A DNA stretch of 64,000 bases, taken from positions 56,529-120,528 of IMG/VR virus record IMGVR_UViG_3300046777_001793; one strand, 5' to 3'. Made by a program: the position numbers and the translations under genes. Shown here in pieces: positions 58,301-64,000 of this stretch. Every line of letters starts with the position of its first letter. Within the stretch, counting starts at the first letter, position 1. The stretch comes from a virus. The notes beneath the pieces were generated by a model. The model saw only the letters and a list, made by a program, of their open reading frames with translations, had not been told where the DNA came from and made no database searches.

Positions 58301-61300
58301 CTAAGCTGTTTGTATTGATATAGTTTTACTTTACCATTGATTCTTGTAATACTTGGCAACATAAAAAACATTTTATCAATATCATAATCCGCACCAGTCT
58401 TAGCAACAATTTCTGAAGGAAGAATAACAATTGGACCAGCCCATTCAGGTAAAAATTCAGCAACAATAGCAACATCTAATGCATTAGGACCTTGAGTAGG
58501 GATACGCACACCAGGAAACTGTAGTAATGATTTATTTTCTGCAACCCAGTTTTTATCTTTTATAGCTTGATTTAATCTAACTCTTGAAGCTTCCCAATCA
58601 ATATTACCATCATTATCTTTTACAGCAATAATTTTTTTATCAGAAGGATGAGTTAAATAAATTAAGTTTTTAAAATCACCCTGTAATGAAATTTTAACTT
58701 CCATTGCAGCAACAGTAATCTTACCATCAGCATCTTTTTCAATTGGATAAAACTTTAATTCATTTGTACCATACTCTGCTAACTGTTCATCAGTAGGCTT
58801 TTCAAAATTTTCAAAAATAGCACCAGAAACTTGTACCATAGATTCACCATTAACTTTAAATCTACGTAGTTTCTTATCAACCAATGCTGTTAATATTGTT
58901 TCAATTTTTTGTGAGTTAAGATCAAATGACAAGTCTTCAATTAAATTACCATTTACATCTGCAATACCTTCAATCTCATGCTCTAAAAAATCATTTTTCT
59001 TTAACTCTTTTTTGATGTAATCAACAATTGCTTTTGTATCACCAACGTATGTTTGTTTTTCAGCATCCCACTTCATTGAAATATCTTCAAGAAGCTCATC
59101 TTTAAAAACTTGTCTTAATTTACTAATAGAACTAAAATATCTTTCTTTCCAGGCATAAGCTTTATAAGTTCTCTTTTTATCAAGAGATTCTGCTTTCCAT
59201 TGTTCTTCTGTTCCTTCATACTCAACAGGAACACCATTCTCCATTAAACCATGAAGAACCATTTTACGCATCTGTGTAGCAAATGTAGTTTTACCTTTAT
59301 ATCCTTCAGCAAGATAAATAACATTCTTTAAATGACTTGCTGAAATAATATTCTTAACAAAAGGTTTATTGTCCACAACATTTCTATCTTTATCATAGAA
59401 GTTATCTAATTCTCTTTGTAAAACGTATTTTCCTTGTTCATTCAATGTACGTTTTACTCTTGATAATGAAGACAATTTAGAACCTGATTTCATTACAGTA
59501 TAATCAACTCCTTCACGCATCATTTTTTCATGAAGCTTTTGCAGTTTAGTTCCTTGAATTAATGCAGGTATTAATGGCATTAAAGAGTATTTATGGAAAC
59601 CTTTTCCATCTAACGGTTGGTTAAATTTATCTTCTGCTCTAACAGAACCAAAGTATTGGAACTTTCTTACAGGGAATGTAGTAAGATAATCTTCAGTAGA
59701 AATCTTTTCACCTTTAATCATTTTTTGATAAAGAGCTTCCTGACCGTCAGACCATTCACCATAAGAAAAATTTAACAATCTGTACATGTCAAATGAAATC
59801 CAACCTTGACCGTCTGCTTCATCCATACCTAAATAAGATTCTGCTTTCTCGCCAATTATTTCTCTAAATGATTCAATGTATTTTGAATTTGCTTTTGACT
59901 CTTCTAATACAGCAGTATTGATTTGTCCATTATAAACTCTAGGAGTTGTTCCTTGGTAGAATTTAGATGAGTATGCAAATGCTTCAAACTTTTTACTGTT
60001 AACAAAATCTAGAAATGCTTGATCTACAGCAGAAATTTTACCACTTGAAATTAAACCAGCATTACGCTTATGAAAATCTTCAGAAGAGATTTTATACAAT
60101 GCAATATCACCTAAAAATAAATGAACAAAGTTCATGTTATTTATAAAGTTATTAAGAGTAAATGTTTGAAACATTACTTTTTTTGCAGCATCTTCTTCTA
60201 ATATTTTTTCATCTCTATTAAGAGTCATGTATTGTTCTACAGTTGACTTTTCAAAAGGAATATCATTATAATTGATTTCAATATTTAAAGCTTTACTTTT
60301 AAAATATTTAACCATGTCAGAATCAATTAGTGCTTTTAAATCATCAGATAAAAGACTATCTATATCAAAAACAGAAATAGGTTCATCATCAAGTAAATTT
60401 TTTAATTTCCCTCTTGTATCTTTATCTAATAAATTTAAAAATTGCATAAAATCCTGACCTCTATCAAGGTATTCAAAATCAAATACAAACTCTTCATCAG
60501 AACTTAATATTTCTTCTTTAAGATTTTTTAATCTTTGAATCCTTACAAGTTCAGCACCTAAATGATATTTAAACTGTTCATACAACAATGTTCCTTTGTA
60601 ACCAGGTGAAAAAATTTCATGTACTTCATTCTTTTCAAAAATAAGTTTTCTACTTGCATCACCAGTTTTATTACCACGTACTTCATCATTAACTAATTGA
60701 GTACCGTAAAAAGCAAGAGTTGTTGACTTAGCTTCCATACGTGTAACTTCTTGAACACCTTCAAGTGTCATGTAGAAGTCAGTAATAAATTTAGTTTTCT
60801 CATCTGAAGAAATTGATGCAATACCTTTTTCTACTTCAGTAGTTTTTGTTGTACCATCTTCTTCAATTTTAGTTTGAGTATATTTAATTTTAGAACCTGT
60901 TAAGTTTTCCAACTTAAATTCAACTTTAGGGTTTTTTTTACCTCTAAGAACTGAATTAGGACTATCTAAATTAAATAACTGAACAAATGCTTTATTACCT
61001 GCAACAAATGGATTAATATTAATATCAAACTTCTCCATTCCAGGCATAGCCAATAATTCATCATAAGAATTTGCTGTAGATAAAGCGTGCATCTCTAATG
61101 TTAAAGATGAGTTTAATGCTTTCTCTGATTGCTTTTCACCATAAGCAGTTGTAGCCATGAATGAAACATTATCATTGCTATAGCGAGTATGTAAGTTTTG
61201 TAAAGCATTTTTAATACCATACAATGCAGGTTGATTTTCAATTATCTCATCTTTACCAACTTTTGTTTTATAATTGAAACCGTTAAAAATATCTGAAAAC

Positions 61301-64000
61301 TTATACAGCTTACCACCATTTTGTTTAATCTTATTTTCAAGCAACTCTTTAACATAACCTAAATAAGCAGAATCAAAATTAAGTTCTTTAGAACCTTTTG
61401 AGATAATTTCTCTTACAACAGGATCATCAACTACATTAATTCCAAAATAACTCAAAAACTGAAATGGTTCAGAATAATATTTTGAAGCAGCAGTAGATTC
61501 ATATTCTTTTTTATTTTCCTCATTAATGTATTCATTTCTTGTCAAAAATGGTTTTAAGTTTAATGCAGGATTTTTAAGTAAATGTATCTTTAAGTCTGGT
61601 TGAAATTCATCAAAGATTGCTTTAACATCAATGTATCTTTCACCTTTTTCATCTTCTTTAGCGTATGGACTTAATTGTAATAAATCATTAAAATTAGATT
61701 GCCATTCATTACCAATGTAAAGTGAATCTGTTATAGCTCTACCAGAATAAATAGATAACTCAACTTGAGCTTTTTCATTCTCAATAGTATCTGTCTTTTC
61801 AATAACAAATTGTCTTAATAAAATATCAGCTTTATTTAATGATTGCCAAAATGATACCCATTGTTTTTGCTCACTAAATGTTGTATTTGGAGATGAAGGA
61901 TCACCTAATTTAAATAACAATTCTTTTATTTCATTATCAGTTTTAGCAGCATGGCTAAGTTTATCATACATTTTTGTACGTGAAACTGTGTTAGTCAATA
62001 TTTTTGCAACCTTAGCAATCATATTCTCTAATGGAACATGTCTGTTAAAACCTAACAAGTTTAAATCAGGAACACCTTTACCATTCTTTGTATGCTTTGT
62101 AATTGTAGATAAGATTTCTTTTGTATGAGCATCCATTAAATCTTGTAATGAAGTATCATTATTAGTTGTATCAAAAATTAATTTCTCTACTTCTTTACCT
62201 TCATCATCTGAAAGTTTAGAGTCCAAATCTTCTACATCTTGACTTTCTTCTTTCTTAATTTCAGATTTAATTTCAGACTCAATGAAATTAAAATTGTAAC
62301 CAGTATATTCATTAAGGAATAATCCAAATAAACTTGCGTAACCTTTATCTCCTTTAATTTCATCTACGCTGTTAATATCACCTAAATTAGCTAATGCTTT
62401 AACAAGAACATCATGACTAAACTTGATGTTTTTATTTTCAGGGTTAGCTTTAAGTATTCTTTCAAATCTATTCTTTTGTTTCACTAAATTATTAGTAACA
62501 AAAGTAATTGCAGAATCTAAAACAGGTTTATGTTTTTGAACAGCAAATACACCGTAAGCAGTATATTTATCTCTAAGTAATTCTTTAGTTGTTTCAAATT
62601 CTTGTTTAACAGCTTCATATTTTTCTGGCTCTAACTCTTCATCAATTGATGACAATTGAAGCATAAGATTACTAACTTTTTTATTGTTAGCATTAATACC
62701 ATAAGTTAGGTAATCATTAAACAAAGACTTAATGGAATCCATAACTAAATGAACTTCTTCCATAGTAAAGTCTGTTGCAATTTCATTAGACTTATACAAA
62801 GCTTCATTAGCAGATGGAACAAACTTATCTACACTAACATTGTTAGAATATAACGCTTCAAAAGTTTTACTAGCTAATTTAGATGCTCTGTTTAAGTTTC
62901 TTGCTTCAGAGATACGCATATCACCAAAAATAGCTTTTAACATAGTCAAAAGTCTATCAAAAAACTCTCTAACTTTTACATTCAATTTAGATTTACCTAA
63001 TCTATTTTGAGAATAAGCATTAAACTGTTCAGCCAAATATTCTTCTATATCAAGATTTGATGCATCTGAAAACTTAATGTCTTTTTCTTTACCATGGACT
63101 GTAACTTTAAATGATCCTGGTTGTTTACGCATAACATCATAAATTGCATTTCTTTCACTTTCTGAAAGTAAAGTTTGAGTAAATGCGTGAAAAGCTTCAT
63201 GGAATACATCTGTACCCATAGAACCTTTGTATAATGTTATAGCATTTTTAAAGAAATCAGCTACAAAGTTTGGTCCTTTTGCATTAATCTCATCAGTAAT
63301 ATTCAATGAAATTAACTTACTTAAATTATGATTTCTAAACCACTCCAATGCTTTTTCTTGCATTTCTGTTGATATAGTAGGTCTTGGATTAGCAAATGAT
63401 TGAAACCATGCTTCATCTTCTTGCTCATCAATTTCTTCATCAGTAACGCTATCTTTAATTACTGGTTCACCCATTGAAAGATATGGATAATTAGAAATTA
63501 ACGCATTGTCTTTATTTAATTTAACATTTACTGTTCCAAATTTAGCAGCATATTCTTTTAAAGAGTAATAATCAAAATTAATTACTTCTTCTCCTGAATT
63601 TAAAGTTTCTATACTATTTGGAATTTTAATAATTTTTAAATCTTCTGAAAAAGTTCCAGTTGGAATACCAAGTGAAAATAAAGGTTTTTCTAATAAAAAG
63701 TAAATACCTTGTGCTTCATCTAAATAAACATCACCAACTTGAGCATCTTCTTTAGATTTAATATTATATCCAAATTTAACTAAAGACTCTTTATTATATT
63801 TTAATGCTATAGCAATAGGATTATTAACATGTGCTTTTAATGTATCAAGAACTTCATTTAATGCAATATCTCCTTCAACTTTAATAGAACCATCTTTACT
63901 TTGGATAATAACAAATTGTTTATCTCCTATAATAATTCTATTCTTTTTTATACCTGCAAATTTTTCTTCTTTAGTTGATACAGATGAAATAGATATATTC
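52327..64000 (-). CDS. virion RNA polymerase polyprotein, 5'-partial (about 3890 aa within the window)
   Basis: Catalytic GADYDIDK (58375-58389), RIPTQG, ADGQGW; zincin HEAFH (63187-63201); C-terminal AlkB and ART-like domains. I read the frame from 63475 to 64000 and found no stop, so the true start is probably outside the window. Confidence 0.9.
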   Translation of the reverse strand, partial: NISISSVSTKEEKFAGIKKNRIIIGDKQFVIIQSKDGSIKVEGDIALNEVLDTLKAHVNNPIAIALKYNKESLVKFGYNIKSKEDAQVGDVYLDEAQGIYFLLEKPLFSLGIPTGTFSEDLKIIKIPNSIETLNSGEEVINFDYYSLKEYAAKFGTVNVKLNKDNALISNYPYLSMGEPVIKDSVTDEEIDEQEDEAWFQSFANPRPTISTEMQEKALEWFRNHNLSKLISLNITDEINAKGPNFVADFFKNAITLYKGSMGTDVFHEAFHAFTQTLLSESERNAIYDVMRKQPGSFKVTVHGKEKDIKFSDASNLDIEEYLAEQFNAYSQNRLGKSKLNVKVREFFDRLLTMLKAIFGDMRISEARNLNRASKLASKTFEALYSNNVSVDKFVPSANEALYKSNEIATDFTMEEVHLVMDSIKSLFNDYLTYGINANNKKVSNLMLQLSSIDEELEPEKYEAVKQEFETTKELLRDKYTAYGVFAVQKHKPVLDSAITFVTNNLVKQKNRFERILKANPENKNIKFSHDVLVKALANLGDINSVDEIKGDKGYASLFGLFLNEYTGYNFNFIESEIKSEIKKEESQDVEDLDSKLSDDEGKEVEKLIFDTTNNDTSLQDLMDAHTKEILSTITKHTKNGKGVPDLNLLGFNRHVPLENMIAKVAKILTNTVSRTKMYDKLSHAAKTDNEIKELLFKLGDPSSPNTTFSEQKQWVSFWQSLNKADILLRQFVIEKTDTIENEKAQVELSIYSGRAITDSLYIGNEWQSNFNDLLQLSPYAKEDEKGERYIDVKAIFDEFQPDLKIHLLKNPALNLKPFLTRNEYINEENKKEYESTAASKYYSEPFQFLSYFGINVVDDPVVREIISKGSKELNFDSAYLGYVKELLENKIKQNGGKLYKFSDIFNGFNYKTKVGKDEIIENQPALYGIKNALQNLHTRYSNDNVSFMATTAYGEKQSEKALNSSLTLEMHALSTANSYDELLAMPGMEKFDININPFVAGNKAFVQLFNLDSPNSVLRGKKNPKVEFKLENLTGSKIKYTQTKIEEDGTTKTTEVEKGIASISSDEKTKFITDFYMTLEGVQEVTRMEAKSTTLAFYGTQLVNDEVRGNKTGDASRKLIFEKNEVHEIFSPGYKGTLLYEQFKYHLGAELVRIQRLKNLKEEILSSDEEFVFDFEYLDRGQDFMQFLNLLDKDTRGKLKNLLDDEPISVFDIDSLLSDDLKALIDSDMVKYFKSKALNIEINYNDIPFEKSTVEQYMTLNRDEKILEEDAAKKVMFQTFTLNNFINNMNFVHLFLGDIALYKISSEDFHKRNAGLISSGKISAVDQAFLDFVNSKKFEAFAYSSKFYQGTTPRVYNGQINTAVLEESKANSKYIESFREIIGEKAESYLGMDEADGQGWISFDMYRLLNFSYGEWSDGQEALYQKMIKGEKISTEDYLTTFPVRKFQYFGSVRAEDKFNQPLDGKGFHKYSLMPLIPALIQGTKLQKLHEKMMREGVDYTVMKSGSKLSSLSRVKRTLNEQGKYVLQRELDNFYDKDRNVVDNKPFVKNIISASHLKNVIYLAEGYKGKTTFATQMRKMVLHGLMENGVPVEYEGTEEQWKAESLDKKRTYKAYAWKERYFSSISKLRQVFKDELLEDISMKWDAEKQTYVGDTKAIVDYIKKELKKNDFLEHEIEGIADVNGNLIEDLSFDLNSQKIETILTALVDKKLRRFKVNGESMVQVSGAIFENFEKPTDEQLAEYGTNELKFYPIEKDADGKITVAAMEVKISLQGDFKNLIYLTHPSDKKIIAVKDNDGNIDWEASRVRLNQAIKDKNWVAENKSLLQFPGVRIPTQGPNALDVAIVAEFLPEWAGPIVILPSEIVAKTGADYDIDKMFFMLPSITRINGKVKLYQYKQLSVPYEQLKDENDNLKEDLKVIKKDIDAVKKEKDKLFSSKKLEIKDEVKALFEKQNKLIGKNKKKIEALNNTIATIATAKTGKNKKKQITEEAELKIQELEQEIKNIRKERSAKEKELFKEDADVMALIDKSNALYDKLNATSNKISENVEAMKNSSTKGIENEILQLLTEKILDASNIKDLITPNSVDDALPLSKRVRDAIQHKFNKFEKIHDDVTGSKVISPTTIFDYEYNLAKQQENSVGKDSLGIAAVVSTFYAIFTTFDSKLNAPTLEALERFENALKTQNKEEIEKFRSYALKLAHNYSAEKVGKYDVKRIALGKRTSSVNNKLIADTISQLINGYVDVAKDAWIFNIQGNKENTPTLLFMLMSGVELEDAVALSSNPLVMEYNKIKKEFQGVYSKIGYEEGNPVVEFNPKAASQAAYGKVIQNHPSLFGKPKFKGLNPASIDNQFDAKFDFESLWGRVGALTPNDDDVIYFSHYLQIEEMSNKLTEFQQANKHDTTKVANITDAENNIIKEENFFSKRSVVPESWKKEFEENPVGTLNNNKLIVDLFKQFFKIKNNPIVNQMAIKFSKEDHVKKAMPFTDTSRSAFKNDFIWFLYQNAVYNSNTSTVVLEDGTMLSFDVVEDLNSKYPIDIVEGDSDKLTVSFNSNLLRNELSMTTDPMIKSIYRKDGVTDVKEYAKFKFLFQENVANLKSISDQELFEKYYFLVSPKMTRTHLVKAITLYQLKPANSLFNSYVGADAIIKRMRMKHPHLNNLLLINDLKSNTDYKAYQSNIFLPKNTGKKLMETYVENLHELRNDDIAPEVAEFFAGFDHYLVMQGGLNAASKYFMGPLVSQNFILNTVYDQLDFDLMEQLFDEAYKTFRSYENKFAKVVYNKGVKSEVDPINVGLLSQFYDKISNLVLNNKWNSRGKGVNYTVDGNLDYGKGETQIKENAYVYGNVHMFNNISQANQSDFEFIFNPEMLFESDEDVTLEQVEEILKVYGDVKIAYPKKKVVAPEYLDQNEIDRMLLEHLGVDNRGNLPILVGKSKMGRIGAMSIANSVVKRSGEFVTDQYISSRSTKGIAFKAKQAPKYQSKHHAYIDELKNDLNKNEYVANDAVWIFGASLKEDAYANTSLKEYNESVKNFFNEKYVPEISKAIAAGVSTFNISAAPGGIATYAKQYLRNNGYKMVVEYGPDFQKYYSFNKSLEGKTSAYYDVTKPEVSMYDAFGKQITGVMNVIKEKMKGLSESDLIKNGLQIAEQALTSYFQGNAVERMNLSKLLVDTNGNALKIGVSPAAVYLEKHLMGSVLPFIMSSRAKRLQKEEVFNPQGLKTNSSGFVQGPVMKNFRKIEEIKGAEIYDGEVFDRNEADRLFAKMDKEFEAELSKQVLLAGKQWRLKNLYYGPIDYAYGSGESYKKHAKAEMPEWIEKTVRLIEKRMGVKPGYFDTALINKYSELSTGLGYHTDLEVNLTGRDGKVNPTVLTLSLGAQRKFGFKGIKQYAGNDLTVDAKHGHVLVMGYDSQLNYKHGVEKEGEQGVRYSITLRHTPDVNKLQQTQNLSFSFDKKNIFNVTPIQAADKKATIKASIATQFIGFGEGITGSSTENYRQQAGALANTGNYSDNDVIFVSIGGRRGTEEQQKTQQDRTIKEAIKAVEAGATILTDNKAYIDASSYNTGEKRLYANMEAKGYNYSEITVDGQLIGTWSKFSQPAQVASKSTGFTSSLFRGQEKKPTLDDKGNLVLQVTEDSLFKSKGISFADNRGLAEDYGNRYSKNPFIIEINKDYAEKIFPLNKEGGTQSYGNRVIGDEGEERFISNENIIIPAGQFIIHKTEINHGFSKLTGLQLVDAYNKVLTESDVAEYNRYNEGGSYATEDIDFEKQLLQELKARGIEENELIFLEKVGLSDEDSIIRNALNIDYTDVITNEQRNSFYEKQKRILNKLNQPTISNQPTQVATQLSLFDDISENLALWDMYKSNLKAKGMATSMTQEQFLSLSLEEQKNLANCTK
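52488..53226. repeat. 19-nt direct repeat pair bounding the ART-like module
   Basis: TAGCAACTTGAGTAGGTTG (52488-52506) and TAGCAACTTGAGCAGGTTG (53208-53226); 18/19 identical, 720 nt apart, encoding QP(A/T)QVA. Confidence 0.85.

Noticed and set aside
46859-60457. Short plus-strand ORFs inside the giant genes, and similar antisense ORFs elsewhere in the track
   Set aside because: Shadow frames with low-complexity Ser/Leu/Phe/Ile translations opposite well-supported genes.
63472-63474. ATG 63474 as the vRNAP start
   Set aside because: The frame stays open to the window end (175 more codons), so the gene is probably 5'-truncated here.
1-64000. Stop-codon reassignment, as in some crAss-like phages
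   Set aside because: Genes, including the two giant ones, read through intact in code 11; TAG and TGA both end genes at tight junctions; no convincing suppressor tRNA.

Overview
This 64-kb AT-rich window is most of the genome of a crAss-like phage (order Crassvirales). Promoters of the TTG-N19-TAnnTTTG type, absent Shine-Dalgarno sites and Bacteroidetes-type ClpS and lipoproteins point to a Bacteroidota host, probably a flavobacterium. Layout: (i) 1-3725 (-): an accessory operon ending in candidate immune-signal inhibitors (a clear Tad1 homolog, an Acb2/Tad1-hairpin-like gene, a two-domain fusion, DUF1599), headed by repL with iteron-like repeats. (ii) 3.7-8.9 kb: a divergent, largely non-coding, highly structured region with four covarying hairpin repeats (candidate virion-RNAP promoters), candidate ncRNAs and two aberrant tRNA-like elements. 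(iii) 8.9-46.2 kb (+): early/middle genes (J-domain, ThyX, GH73, HNH, SF2 helicase, ClpS, degenerate UNG, DnaB, AAA, SSB, primase, vWA/MoxR, SP-lyase-like radical SAM, PD-(D/E)XK exonuclease, PolB, Dda/RecD helicase, MazG-like). (iv) 46.2-64 kb (-): two giant virion cargo genes. One is the virion RNA polymerase (DYDID motif; ORF open past the window end). Its C-terminus carries an AlkB domain, two related alpha/beta domains and an ADP-ribosyltransferase-like module bounded by in-frame 19-nt direct repeats. All family calls come from motif recognition by eye; no searches were run.
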